DNA of 32,000 bases from Opitutales bacterium (GCA_049606355.1 JBMYVL010000002.1:1-32000); one strand, 5' to 3'. Positions 19,045-28,606 are shown, numbered from the stretch's first letter. The notes: generated by a model from the sequence alone, not told the origin. Translations and numbers: made by a program.

Positions 19045-19866
19045 TTAATCATCAATGAGTTGGTAGGGTCGGGCGCTAGGTTGATCGTAGTAAGTTGAGG
19101 GAACAACAAGAATCGCTTGTGGTTTCTCCCCGGCATCCGGTGCTTTGAAGATAACACGAGTGCGCGCATGCTTCGTGGCTTCTGCAAGTTGCCTCAAATT
19201 CGCCTCAATGGCTTGATCGGTTTCATCTTCAGCAATACGTCCCAATGTCGCGCTTTGTGGGGTGATGCGTACCCGCTGGGGTTCAGCAATGAATTCACGT
19301 TCTTCACCATTTGGGTAGTAAAACGTAAGCGTGCCTTGATAGGCAGTGATGTGGGTGCCCGCATTGGAAAACCGCATCACGCAAGTGCCCGTATGCAGAC
19401 GCACACCTCCGGTGGGCATTTGTAATCGCATCTCTGTCAGCGGGGAGAGGTGTTCGCAGGAAATGGCTACGGTACCTTCGACTAGCTCGAGCTGTAACAC
19501 CGAGGTGGAGGGCTCAAATTGCAGGCTTTCGCGTTCAGGCTTAAAAGGCGCTTGTTGATATCTGGCGCATTTGAGTTTGCTGTTGGCGCCGACGCCAATT
19601 GCCAAGCCGTTGGTGAGCACCATATAAACTTGTGAGTCCTCACCTGTTATGATCTGGCTGTTGCTGATTTCTATAAAATCATGTTGGCCCAGTGCGGTGG
19701 TCGCCCCCGTCGAATCTATCAGTTGGGCAGAGCCGACTCGACTGGTAATAAAGGCAGCTCCTGTGTAGAGCTCTGTGGCAGTGACTGTGGTGCTTATAAT
19801 ACCGACCCCAGTGGCAATCATACCTGCACATCGAAACACGATTCGTTTGAGGGGGTAAGGCAGCAT
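19045..19866 (-). CDS. hypothetical exported protein with FecR-like beta-rich region
   Basis: Has a hydrophobic N-terminal segment (GMIATGVGIISTTV). The stretch GSAQLIDSTG...ITGEDSQVYMVLTNGLAIGVGANSKL resembles the FecR-domain pattern. Its ATG overlaps the leuS stop (TAATG). No confident family call. Confidence 0.5.
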   Translation of the reverse strand: MLPYPLKRIVFRCAGMIATGVGIISTTVTATELYTGAAFITSRVGSAQLIDSTGATTALGQHDFIEISNSQIITGEDSQVYMVLTNGLAIGVGANSKLKCARYQQAPFKPERESLQFEPSTSVLQLELVEGTVAISCEHLSPLTEMRLQMPTGGVRLHTGTCVMRFSNAGTHITAYQGTLTFYYPNGEEREFIAEPQRVRITPQSATLGRIAEDETDQAIEANLRQLAEATKHARTRVIFKAPDAGEKPQAILVVPSTYYDQPSARPYQLIDD

Positions 19867-22445
19867 TAACCAGCAACTATATTGACGATTTTACCCGGCA
19901 CGTAGATTTCCTTCTTAATCGTTTTTCCTTCGATGAAGTTTTGTACGCGTTCATTCATTTTGGCAGTCGCAATGGCTTCGGCTTTATCGATGTCCTTGGG
20001 AAGCTCCGCATCCCCGCGGTATTTGCCATTCACTTGGAAGACGATTTTAACGGTGTCCTGCTCCAGTTTGCTTGCGTCGAATTGTGGCCACCCCGCCTCA
20101 ATGATGCTGCCCGAATGCCCCATGCGCTGCCATAATTCTTCACTTTGGTGTGGTGCCAGCGGTGCCAAGAGTTTTAGGAAAGCTTCAACAGCCGCGCGGC
20201 TGACTGCTTCCGCCTTCGTTAGCTGATTCAAGCAGATCATCATTTGCGAAATAGCGGTATTGAAGCCGAGCGCTTCATAATCCTCGGTTACCTTCTGGAT
20301 GGTGGCATGCAGGACTCGATCCGTTTCCGCATCGAGAACGAGAGTGTCGCTGATTTTTGGATTAACTGTGCCGTCATCGTTTAGGACCAGGCGCCAAACT
20401 TTTCTTAAGAATCGTGCAATTCCTTCGATGCCCTTTGTATTCCAAGGCTTCATTGCTTCCAACGGCCCAAGGAACATAAGGTAGAGTCGCAGGGCATCGG
20501 CGCCGTAATTTTCAATAATGCTTTCCGGGTTGACTACATTGCCCCGGCTTTTGGACATTTTTTCCCCGTCTTCACCCAAAATAATGCCCTGATGGAATAG
20601 CTTTTTAAATGGTTCCGGGTGGCTAACCACTCCCAGGTCGTAGAGAACATGGTGCCAGAAACGTGCATACAATAAATGCAGCACAGCGTGCTCAGCGCCA
20701 CCTATGTATAGGTCTGGGGTCCCCCAATAGTTTTCTTTCTTGGGATCGATGAGTGCACTGGCATTCTTAGGGTCGATGTAGCGCAGGTAGTACCAGCAGG
20801 AGCCGGCCCATTGTGGCATCGTGTTGGTTTCGCGAATGCCCGGTATCCAGCCTTCTTTGGGATCCCGAGTGGTCTCTCCGGTTTGCGGGTTGATGTAAAC
20901 TTCAAGCCATTCCTTAGCTTTGGATAGTGGGCTTTGTCCATCCGGGGATGGTGTGTAGCTTTCCACTTCGGGTAATTCAATCGGTAGATTTGTTTCGGGG
21001 ACTGTAATTGCGTAGCGGGTGATGCCCTCCATCTCGCACGCTACCGGGCGATCGATTGATTTGAAGGCGTCATTGATTTGCGCATAATCGCTCTCGGTGA
21101 CCCAGAGGATTGGGAACGGTTCGCCCCAATAGCGTTGGCGGGAAAAGAGCCAATCGCGCAATTTGTAATTAATCGTTTGTTGGCCACAGCCTTCGCTGAC
21201 GAGTTGTTGTAGGATCGCTGCTTTGGCCGCCTCTGAATCCATGCCATCGTGGGCTGCGGAATGCATCAATGCACCTGATCCACAGTAGGCTTCGACCAAT
21301 GCACCTTCGCTGTCTCTTGGGGCGGTTCCGTTATCGTCAATAACTTGAACCAGTTCTAAGCCGAAGGTTTGTGCGAATTCAAAATCGCGCTCGTCGTGAG
21401 CCGGTACGGCCATGATCGCGCCCGTGCCATAGGTCATCAGGACATAGTCTGCGACCCAGATAGGGATCTTTTTCCCATTGATCGGATTACGCGCATAGGC
21501 GCCACTCCAGACGCCGGTTTTTTCCTTACTCAGCTCGGCTCGCTCAAGGTCTGATTTGTTGCGAGCTTGCTGTGCGTACTTGGCAACTGCCTCGTGTTGT
21601 TCGCTGGAAGTAATCTCCTGCAGTTGCGGGTGTTCCGGAGCTACAACCATGTAAGTCGCACCGTGAAGCGTGTCCGGCCGTGTGGTAAATACGGTCAAAT
21701 GAACATCCTTGTCGACCACATCGAAAGTGACTTCGGCACCTTCGGAGCGACCGATCCAATTCTCCTGCAGGCGTTTAGTTGAGTCAGGCCAATCGAGGTC
21801 CTTGAGGCCGTCGATAAGGCGCTCTGCATATTCAGTGATGCGCAACACCCACTGGCGAATGGGGCGTCGCTCGACCGGGAAGTTGCCTCGTTCAGAGCGA
21901 GGCCCTTCAGGGGTGTTTAGTACTTCTTCATTGGCAAGGACTGTGCCGAGTTCGGGGCAAAACCAAACGGGTTTTTCGTCCACGTAGGCCAAACCTTTTT
22001 TAAACAACTGCATGAATATCCACTGGGTCCATTTAAAATATTCTGGATCCGTAGTGTTAATCGAGCGTTGCCAGTCGTAAGCAAAACCGAGTTGTTTGAG
22101 CTGTTCGGTGAATCGCGCGACGTTTTCCTGCGTGGTGATTTTGGGATGCTTGCCTGTTTTGATGGCGTATTGCTCGGTAGGTAAGCCGAAGGCATCCCAT
22201 CCCATCGGGTGTAAGACATTGTAGCCCTGCGCCTTTTTGAAGCGCTTCAATGCGTCACTGGCAGTGTAGCCCTCTGGGTGGCCAATGTGTAATCCCGCAC
22301 CGGAGGGGTAGGGGAACATGTCGAGGATATAAAATGTCGGCGCCGCCGCAAAATCGTTGGCTGTATAGGTCTTGTGGTCCTCCCAGTACGCTTGCCATTT
22401 CGGCTCGATAGTGGAGAAGTCGTAATCGTTGCTTGTAGGTGCCAT
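19866..22445 (-). CDS. leuS: leucine--tRNA ligase
   Basis: Carries the HIGH motif (GLHIGHPEGY), the KMSKS motif (EKMSKSRGN) and a CP1 editing region (TTRPDTLHGATYMVVAPEH). Length is 859 aa. Confidence 0.96.
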   Translation of the reverse strand: MAPTSNDYDFSTIEPKWQAYWEDHKTYTANDFAAAPTFYILDMFPYPSGAGLHIGHPEGYTASDALKRFKKAQGYNVLHPMGWDAFGLPTEQYAIKTGKHPKITTQENVARFTEQLKQLGFAYDWQRSINTTDPEYFKWTQWIFMQLFKKGLAYVDEKPVWFCPELGTVLANEEVLNTPEGPRSERGNFPVERRPIRQWVLRITEYAERLIDGLKDLDWPDSTKRLQENWIGRSEGAEVTFDVVDKDVHLTVFTTRPDTLHGATYMVVAPEHPQLQEITSSEQHEAVAKYAQQARNKSDLERAELSKEKTGVWSGAYARNPINGKKIPIWVADYVLMTYGTGAIMAVPAHDERDFEFAQTFGLELVQVIDDNGTAPRDSEGALVEAYCGSGALMHSAAHDGMDSEAAKAAILQQLVSEGCGQQTINYKLRDWLFSRQRYWGEPFPILWVTESDYAQINDAFKSIDRPVACEMEGITRYAITVPETNLPIELPEVESYTPSPDGQSPLSKAKEWLEVYINPQTGETTRDPKEGWIPGIRETNTMPQWAGSCWYYLRYIDPKNASALIDPKKENYWGTPDLYIGGAEHAVLHLLYARFWHHVLYDLGVVSHPEPFKKLFHQGIILGEDGEKMSKSRGNVVNPESIIENYGADALRLYLMFLGPLEAMKPWNTKGIEGIARFLRKVWRLVLNDDGTVNPKISDTLVLDAETDRVLHATIQKVTEDYEALGFNTAISQMMICLNQLTKAEAVSRAAVEAFLKLLAPLAPHQSEELWQRMGHSGSIIEAGWPQFDASKLEQDTVKIVFQVNGKYRGDAELPKDIDKAEAIATAKMNERVQNFIEGKTIKKEIYVPGKIVNIVAG

Positions 22446-22551
22446 TGGAAAAGTCGCGGATTTAGACGATTTGAATTTAATCCGTCAACGCCACAAACGT
22501 AGACATTGAGGCTGGATTTGAGGTGTTTGGATGATTTATTGAGAAGTCTAC

Positions 22552-23046
22552 ATGTGGGTCTGTTTTCTATTTTTATTCGTTTTAGTCTGCTTCAATAGTG
22601 GGCTCGAGGCGAAGGTGGGTTTATTGCAGTCGCGTAGTGAGAAGTCTGTGTCGACGGCTCAAAAGCCTGTCATTCTGAATGAGCGCTCTGGAGAGGCCGA
22701 TAAGGCTTTGAAGCGAAAAACGTTTCCAATGAGGCATTGGGCGAAGCATTACAGTTCATTAGGGCGGCAGAAATCCGCAGTGAGTACTCAGCAGACGGTC
22801 GCGCGTGAGCTCTATACGACCCAAACACTGACCTTTCCGGTGCAGCAGAAAGCACTTGCTGATATGAATGGCCGCCTGGCGGCTCTGCAACAAAGGGCCC
22901 AAATGAGCATCGATGATCGATTGACTGCAATTGAGGAGCAACGCGTGTATGCAATGATGTTACAAGGGACGCAGCAGTATGGCGCCATGCGTGAAAAAAT
23001 CTCCCTGCGGGAATTGAACCGCATTCAGTTTCGTCGCAATCGATAG
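22552..23046 (+). CDS. hypothetical secreted protein
   Basis: Has a signal-peptide-like MWVCFLFLFVLVCFNSGLEA followed by a Q/R-rich, probably helical region. A plus-strand terminator lies downstream. No family recognised. Confidence 0.5.
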   Translation: MWVCFLFLFVLVCFNSGLEAKVGLLQSRSEKSVSTAQKPVILNERSGEADKALKRKTFPMRHWAKHYSSLGRQKSAVSTQQTVARELYTTQTLTFPVQQKALADMNGRLAALQQRAQMSIDDRLTAIEEQRVYAMMLQGTQQYGAMREKISLRELNRIQFRRNR

Positions 23047-23120
23047 GTGGACTCGGTTTCAATCTAGTCTCCGATCTTAACGGGCTGACTACGCGCAGTT
23101 CTCCCTGCAAAACGAGCTTT

Positions 23121-23150
23121 CCGCCAGTGCGGTGGCGTTTTTTCTTTTAA
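23121..23150 (+). terminator. probable rho-independent terminator
   Basis: CGCCA-gtgcgg-TGGCG (or CCGC-cagt-GCGG) is followed by TTTTTTCTTTT, about 75 nt after the stop at 23046. Confidence 0.5.
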
Positions 23151-23180
23151 GCTGTTAGTAAAACTCTAGATAACAGCGGC

Positions 23181-24770
23181 ATGAATCGCTTATTTGTGTT
23201 TTTGAGTTGTTTACTGGTGCTGGTGTCGATGGGTGCTGCTTCACGGGCGGAGGCTGCCGGTGTGTCGCACGGTGCCGACCCTTCATACGGGCATTCTTCA
23301 GCGCTTCCCAAGCCGTTGGGAGAATACGCGGCGCTGGAGGCGGCTCGGGCCGAGGAGCTTGGTGTTCCTTCGCTGGGTCTAATCGAAACGCTAAAAGTAC
23401 GCATTAAAGACCAACCTTTAAATTTAGTTGCTACGCTACTCTTTTTCTGCGCGATTCTGCACACCTTTGCGGCCGGCCGTATCTTGAAAATGGCTCACCA
23501 AGCGGAGCATGCGCATGCGGAGCGGGTGAAGCATGACTCACGCCGCTATCATCAGGGCAAAGATCCGGTTAGCTTCAAGGGCACGCTGTTACATTTTTTG
23601 GGTGAAGTGGAGGCGATTTTTGGGATCTGGCTCGTGCCGCTCATTTTATATATTACGTTTTCCTGCGATTGGCACACGGCAACCCAGTACATCGACACGC
23701 GCAATTACACCGAACCACTCTTTGTAGTCGTCATTATGGCGATCGCAGCGTCTCGCCCAGTAGTCGCGTTTGCAGAAACAGCACTCAGTTCAGTGGCTTC
23801 GATCGGTAAAAAGACGCCAGCTGCCTGGTGGTTGTCGATTCTGGTTATCGCACCATTACTGGGTTCCTTTATCACCGAACCGGCTGCGATGACGATTGCG
23901 GCGCTCTTGTTAGGGCACCAATTTTACCGCTTCAATCCGCGGCAGAAGTTCAAATATGCAACATTGGGTCTGTTGTTTGTTAATATCTCTGTTGGCGGTA
24001 CGCTGACGCATTTTGCCGCACCCCCAGTGCTGATGGTCGCTTCATCTTGGGAATGGAACATGCCATTCATGTTTACCCATTTTGGATGGCGGGCCATCAT
24101 CGGTATCATTGTAGCGACAGCTGTCTATTTCATGATTTTCCGCAAGGACTTCGTACAACTCAATGAGAAAGCGGCTGAACACACCGCGGGTGCCGAACAG
24201 GACGAAGAGGAGCCTGCGCCGGCATGGATTATCGCGATCCACTTAGGCTTCCTTGCTTGGACTGTGTTCACGCTGCATCACCCGGCCTTATTTATCGGTG
24301 GTTTCTTGGTCTTTATCGCGTTCACGGTAGCGACCGACCACCACCAGTATTCGATTGCACTGAAGAGTCCGATTCTAGTTGGCTTCTTCCTGGCCGGCTT
24401 GGTGACTCATGGTGGCTTACAGGGCTGGTGGATTGCACCTGTGCTCTCTGCCTTAGGAGAGGTGCCGCTCTTTATCGGCTCAACTGTGTTGACGGCGTTC
24501 AATGACAATGCCGCGATCACTTTCCTTGCGTCGCAAGTGCCTTCCTTTGCCAAAGGCGTCGACGGAGCCAGTGTGCTTCAATATGCAGTGGTAGCCGGCG
24601 CGGTTACCGGTGGTGGTTTAACTGTCATTGCGAATGCGCCGAATCCAGCCGGTCAAAGTTTGCTGAGCAAGTACTTTGGTAATGAAGGCGTCTCGCCACT
24701 CAAGTTGCTCTTAGGCGCACTCTTTCCGACCTTGATTATGGCTTTCATGTTCATCTGTTTGCCACATTGA
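23181..24770 (+). CDS. polytopic membrane protein, DUF1504 / putative Na+/H+ antiporter-like family
   Basis: Has a signal-like N-terminus and then about 10 or more hydrophobic helices. LLFFCAILHTF and the histidine-rich amphipathic stretch after it match my memory of DUF1504 proteins. The family assignment is from memory only. Confidence 0.55.
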   Translation: MNRLFVFLSCLLVLVSMGAASRAEAAGVSHGADPSYGHSSALPKPLGEYAALEAARAEELGVPSLGLIETLKVRIKDQPLNLVATLLFFCAILHTFAAGRILKMAHQAEHAHAERVKHDSRRYHQGKDPVSFKGTLLHFLGEVEAIFGIWLVPLILYITFSCDWHTATQYIDTRNYTEPLFVVVIMAIAASRPVVAFAETALSSVASIGKKTPAAWWLSILVIAPLLGSFITEPAAMTIAALLLGHQFYRFNPRQKFKYATLGLLFVNISVGGTLTHFAAPPVLMVASSWEWNMPFMFTHFGWRAIIGIIVATAVYFMIFRKDFVQLNEKAAEHTAGAEQDEEEPAPAWIIAIHLGFLAWTVFTLHHPALFIGGFLVFIAFTVATDHHQYSIALKSPILVGFFLAGLVTHGGLQGWWIAPVLSALGEVPLFIGSTVLTAFNDNAAITFLASQVPSFAKGVDGASVLQYAVVAGAVTGGGLTVIANAPNPAGQSLLSKYFGNEGVSPLKLLLGALFPTLIMAFMFICLPH

Positions 24771-24882
24771 TGGCGTTGCTGATTACTTAGTTTCCGACTA
24801 ATTTAGAACTCAGTCCTTGGGCAGCTAGCGGGGTTTTCTATCTTGCTGTTGGGGCCCGTTTTTCATATAAATTCCATTAGGA

Positions 24883-25398
24883 ATGAGTATGAAAAAACTA
24901 TTGATATCACCACTTGCTCTGGGGGGATTAATCGCCGCGCTGGTTATTAGTTTAGGCGCATTAATGGTGGCCCAGATTGTTACCGAGAACTCACCCAAAG
25001 GGTTTGTTCTTCCTGAGGGAACTGCTGTTAAAGGAAAACTCGCTTTCGTTGAGTTAGGATGTGTGCAGTGCCACAGTGTATATGGAGTTGAATTCAACAC
25101 ACTGCCTACAATGCGAGCGACGCCGGAGATTCAGCTTGGCGGTGCGCGACCGCGGGCAATGAGTTATGGTATGCTCACTACCGCGATCATTCATCCCAAT
25201 CAGTCGATACGAGGCAAGAGTGACGCATATGTTGATTCCGCGGGGCGATCATTGATGGCGGATTTGAACCAATCCATGACAGTGGCGCAGATGGCCGATT
25301 TGGTGGCTTTTCTGCTCGACCATTACGAGGTGGAAATTCCTGCCTACTACGACGGCTATCGCATGGGTTATCCAACCGGCTATAAGCCAACCCCATAA
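24883..25398 (+). CDS. membrane-anchored monohaem c-type cytochrome
   Basis: Has a single N-terminal transmembrane helix (LALGGLIAALVISLGALMVA), one CVQCH haem-binding motif and downstream Met candidates for the axial ligand. Confidence 0.75.
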   Translation: MSMKKLLISPLALGGLIAALVISLGALMVAQIVTENSPKGFVLPEGTAVKGKLAFVELGCVQCHSVYGVEFNTLPTMRATPEIQLGGARPRAMSYGMLTTAIIHPNQSIRGKSDAYVDSAGRSLMADLNQSMTVAQMADLVAFLLDHYEVEIPAYYDGYRMGYPTGYKPTP

Positions 25399-25504
25399 GT
25401 AGCGAATCGTTCGCGCTGTTGCTGGCAGCCTTTTGAGCTAGCCGCCTTGGGTAAAGCGGTGGCGAGTTGCTGCGGTCGTGCAAAATGGCTGGATCTGACT
25501 CGGG

Positions 25505-25539
25505 TAGAAAAACCAACACAGCTTACGGTAGTTTTTCTA
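25505..25539. repeat. 9-bp perfect inverted repeat TAGAAAAAC (17 nt) GTTTTTCTA upstream of the kinase gene
   Basis: Read directly. Arms are 25505-25513 and 25531-25539. Confidence 0.85.
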
Positions 25540-25665
25540 ATAATATGTAAATGCCACATTCGGCTGGATTTCAGGATAGCCTTGGGGGGTCCGATTAGGC
25601 TAGCTAGGGAAACTGCCGAGTAGATTCTCCGATCAAACGGAGTCCTTGCGGTTGTATATCGACTG

Positions 25666-27267
25666 ATGAGCCATGATATAAAATCGGGATTGGGTGTAGC
25701 TGAGGTATCGACAACAGGTGACTGTTCGAAATCACCGAGTTCAATCGTCGAGCTGCAGCAGGAAGTTGCGGATCTTCGGCGGCGATATGCGGATCTGCTG
25801 AGTGATCACAACAGGCAGGAAGAGCAGTGTGACTTCCTTAATGCGCTGTTGGCTGGGCGGCGGGAACTAATACACGTAAGTGGAGCCGATGGTCGTTGGT
25901 TGTTACTGAATCAAGCAGCGCTTAAATTTTTTAAACTGGAAGCGGTGGCATGGCGGGGCTCAACGCATGCGGAGTTAGAATCGTACCTGCCGGAGTATTT
26001 GTTACCTGTATTGAAAGCTTTTGCTGAAGGGAATCAGCAGGTGTTGATGACTGGCAGGAGCTTGACCAAAGAAATTGAGATCGAAACTCCAGAGGGAACG
26101 ATCCGCAGCCTTGAGGTCAGTAAAAGTCCGATTCGCGATAAAGAGGGTCAGATTAAGGCGGTTGTAGCCATTGGCTGCGATGTGACACAGCGCAAGCGGA
26201 ATGAGGCCTTGGCATGCCATCTGAGCGGGTCATTCGTGGGTGAACTCAAGGAGCGGACGCAAGCGCTCAATCAGAGCAATGCCAGACTGCGCGAGTTCTT
26301 TAAGTGCGCACCCATTGGGCTGGTAGTAAGCAATCCAACGGGTCGAATCATAGAAGCGAACCAAGCGTTTTTTAGGATGCTTGGAACCGAAGCCGTTGAA
26401 AATAAATGTGGCCAATTAATCCAGGAGTTGGATGGCTGTGCGGCCTTTGCTTTCTTAGTCGATGCAGTCCACCGAGAAGGTTTTATCAAAAGTCGGCACC
26501 TGCGCTTAAACCGAGTTGGAGGGGCACCTGTTGATGTTTTAGTGGATGCGGTTGCCATTAAGGAGACCGGACAGGCAGTTCGCCTAGATTGGTTTTTTCG
26601 TAATATCACAGAGCGAGTGAAACTTGAGACGCGTATTTTAGAGGCAAGCGAGCGCGAGCGTCAGGCAATCGGCAGTGAACTTCACGATGAGTTGGGGCAG
26701 ATGCTCCATGGTATTAACTTCCTAAGTGGCGAACTCTTGGAACGCATGCGGTTTCTAGGGCGCGAAGAAGTGGGAGAATTCGAACGAATAACAGGAAAAA
26801 TGGATGAGGCGCTTAAAGCCGTGCGAAGTTTAGCGCATGGCATGCAGCCTGTTGATCCTGGGCCTGAGGGCCTAATGAACTCCTTGCAGTCTCTTGCGCG
26901 CGACACCGCAGAAACTTATAAGATCGATTGTCGTTTTTTAGCTGAAGCGCCAATGGCTGCAGTTGATTCTCAGGTCGCGACTAACCTATATCGCATCGCT
27001 CAAGAAGCTGTCACGAATGCACTAAAGCACTCTGGCTGCACACAGATTGAAATCAGACTTCGGCAGGCAGCGCATCAATTCATTCTGGAGATTGCCGACA
27101 ATGGCCTTGGTTTGCACACCGGCGGCGGGAGTCGGCCTGGGGTCGGTCTTAAGGTGATGAGATCACGTGCACTCGCAATTGGCGCCGAACTCAGTATCCA
27201 GCAGCGCCCAAATAAAGGCACCGTGGTTTGTTGTACCTTAATTAACGAGCAACGCGCAAGGAATTAA
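25666..27267 (+). CDS. cytoplasmic sensor histidine kinase (coiled coil, 2 PAS-like modules, HisKA_3, HATPase_c)
   Basis: No transmembrane segment is visible. The H-box SELHDELGQ is NarX/DegS-type HisKA_3. The N-box is RIAQEAVTNALKHS and the G-box is ADNGLGL...GVGLKVMRSRA. PAS-like cores are at LIHVSGADGRWLLLNQAA and PIGLVVSNPTGRIIEANQAF. Confidence 0.88.
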   Translation: MSHDIKSGLGVAEVSTTGDCSKSPSSIVELQQEVADLRRRYADLLSDHNRQEEQCDFLNALLAGRRELIHVSGADGRWLLLNQAALKFFKLEAVAWRGSTHAELESYLPEYLLPVLKAFAEGNQQVLMTGRSLTKEIEIETPEGTIRSLEVSKSPIRDKEGQIKAVVAIGCDVTQRKRNEALACHLSGSFVGELKERTQALNQSNARLREFFKCAPIGLVVSNPTGRIIEANQAFFRMLGTEAVENKCGQLIQELDGCAAFAFLVDAVHREGFIKSRHLRLNRVGGAPVDVLVDAVAIKETGQAVRLDWFFRNITERVKLETRILEASERERQAIGSELHDELGQMLHGINFLSGELLERMRFLGREEVGEFERITGKMDEALKAVRSLAHGMQPVDPGPEGLMNSLQSLARDTAETYKIDCRFLAEAPMAAVDSQVATNLYRIAQEAVTNALKHSGCTQIEIRLRQAAHQFILEIADNGLGLHTGGGSRPGVGLKVMRSRALAIGAELSIQQRPNKGTVVCCTLINEQRARN

Positions 27268-27317
27268 GAATAGAGCACACGAGTTCTTATAAAAATAAAA
27301 CTAGAACGATAAATAAC

Positions 27318-27995
27318 ATGACTAAACAAACGAGTGAAATGCATAAGATTCTAATTATTGAGGATCACCCTATCATGAGGGAGGGTATCGTGAAATGGAT
27401 TGAAAGCGACCCGTTGATGACGGTGTGTGGCGACTTCGGCTCATCTGTGGAGGCGATGGGCGCTTTGGGGCGTTTGCAGCCCGATTTAGTCGTTTGTGAT
27501 ATCACTTTGGGCGATACGAACGGATTGGAATTGCTTAAGGATATGATCGCATTTGATCCACAGTTGCCAGTGATCATGCTCTCTATGCATGACGAATCCA
27601 TTTTTGCCATGCGCGCGATGCGTGCTGGTGCTCGGGGTTATGTCGTGAAAGCTGCTGGAGGTATGGAAGTTGTTCGTGCGATTAAGCAAGTGCTGGGCGG
27701 CGGCTATGCATTCAGCCCGAAAGTATCCAATCAGCTGATCGGCGAGATGGCTGGACGCGCCAAGGGGCGCCGATCTCCGGTTGCAGCACTGACGGATCGT
27801 GAGTTCGAGATTTTGCAACTCTATGGAGCCGGACAGACATCAGGCGAAATTGCTCGAGCCTTGCACTTAAGTCCGAAGACAGTGGGCACACACCGTCTCA
27901 ATATTTGTCAAAAATTGAGCCTTAAGTCGACGGCGGAATTGATTCGCTTCGCGGTGCATCATTTGGAAGCGGAAATGCATCGTACCAGTGCCTAA
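27318..27995 (+). CDS. NarL/FixJ-family response regulator (REC + LuxR HTH)
   Basis: Shows ILIIEDHP, DLVVCDITLGDTNG, VIMLSMH and GYVVKA (conserved D, S and K). The HTH is LTDREFEILQLYGAGQTSGEIARALHLSPKTVGTHRLNICQKL. It lies 50 nt downstream of the kinase. Confidence 0.92.
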   Translation: MTKQTSEMHKILIIEDHPIMREGIVKWIESDPLMTVCGDFGSSVEAMGALGRLQPDLVVCDITLGDTNGLELLKDMIAFDPQLPVIMLSMHDESIFAMRAMRAGARGYVVKAAGGMEVVRAIKQVLGGGYAFSPKVSNQLIGEMAGRAKGRRSPVAALTDREFEILQLYGAGQTSGEIARALHLSPKTVGTHRLNICQKLSLKSTAELIRFAVHHLEAEMHRTSA

Positions 27996-28130
27996 TGACG
28001 CTGGTCGGCCAGATTTTCTGAGTTTTTCGCTTAGTGAACTCATGCCTTAGGCTCGCCTCGAGGGCGACGCTCTGCCGATTGCTCCCGTCTCCTGACTGTG
28101 TTAGTCTGGCTACGGTTTAACGGGTAACAA

Positions 28131-28601
28131 TTGCCCATTTCATCTGCCAACTTGATAGTGGAACCGGATTCAAAACAGTCTTATATCAGCGTCATGGGTG
28201 TCTATGATTGCAAGTCGAGCGCAACTCGCCTTCGTCATGAACTCAATCATGTAGGGCGACGCTTCAGTGAGGCGGTTCGCTTTGATTTAAGGCTTTGGCG
28301 CTCCGATGTGCTGTCTTTGGCAGACTTTCGATACGAACTAGATGCGGACATGCTTAAAACCTGTCTTTTTGTCGTCGCTTTTTCGGGGGCAGGCACACAG
28401 GTACTGTCGCCCTGTCTGGTCGGCTTGATTGGTAAATGGTCACGTAATTGTAAGCACAAGCACGCGGCACTCATGGCGAATCCCGAACAATCGGCAAGCT
28501 GTGAGCAGACGCTATCGGCACTTAAGAGCGTCGCATTGATTAATAACATTAGTTACTTATGCACAAGATCGGCTCTCAGCCAAAGCAGCACAGTCAGATA
28601 G
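28131..28601 (+). CDS. hypothetical protein (net basic, Cys-rich, alternating beta/alpha-like pattern)
   Basis: Only ORF evidence. The TTG start at 28131 is uncertain, and ATG 28194 is an alternative. No motif recognised. A 100 aa antisense ORF overlaps it. The plus strand is favoured because it is co-oriented with the upstream operon. Confidence 0.4.
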   Translation: MPISSANLIVEPDSKQSYISVMGVYDCKSSATRLRHELNHVGRRFSEAVRFDLRLWRSDVLSLADFRYELDADMLKTCLFVVAFSGAGTQVLSPCLVGLIGKWSRNCKHKHAALMANPEQSASCEQTLSALKSVALINNISYLCTRSALSQSSTVR

Positions 28602-28606
28602 CCTGC

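Noticed and set aside
22670-23110. A 146 aa ORF antisense to the secreted hypothetical protein (22552-23046).
   Set aside because: The plus-strand ORF has a clean signal peptide and a plus-strand terminator downstream. The antisense translation is Ser/Pro/Arg-rich. Neither has homology support, so this rejection is only moderate.
28131-28601. A specific KaiB/SasA-N-terminal (thioredoxin-like) assignment for the 156 aa orphan, based on the FDLRLW...DVL resemblance to FDLQVIDV.
   Set aside because: The similarity is a few residues seen by eye and the length does not fit KaiB (about 100 aa). I kept it only as one of several possible alpha/beta folds in the finding.
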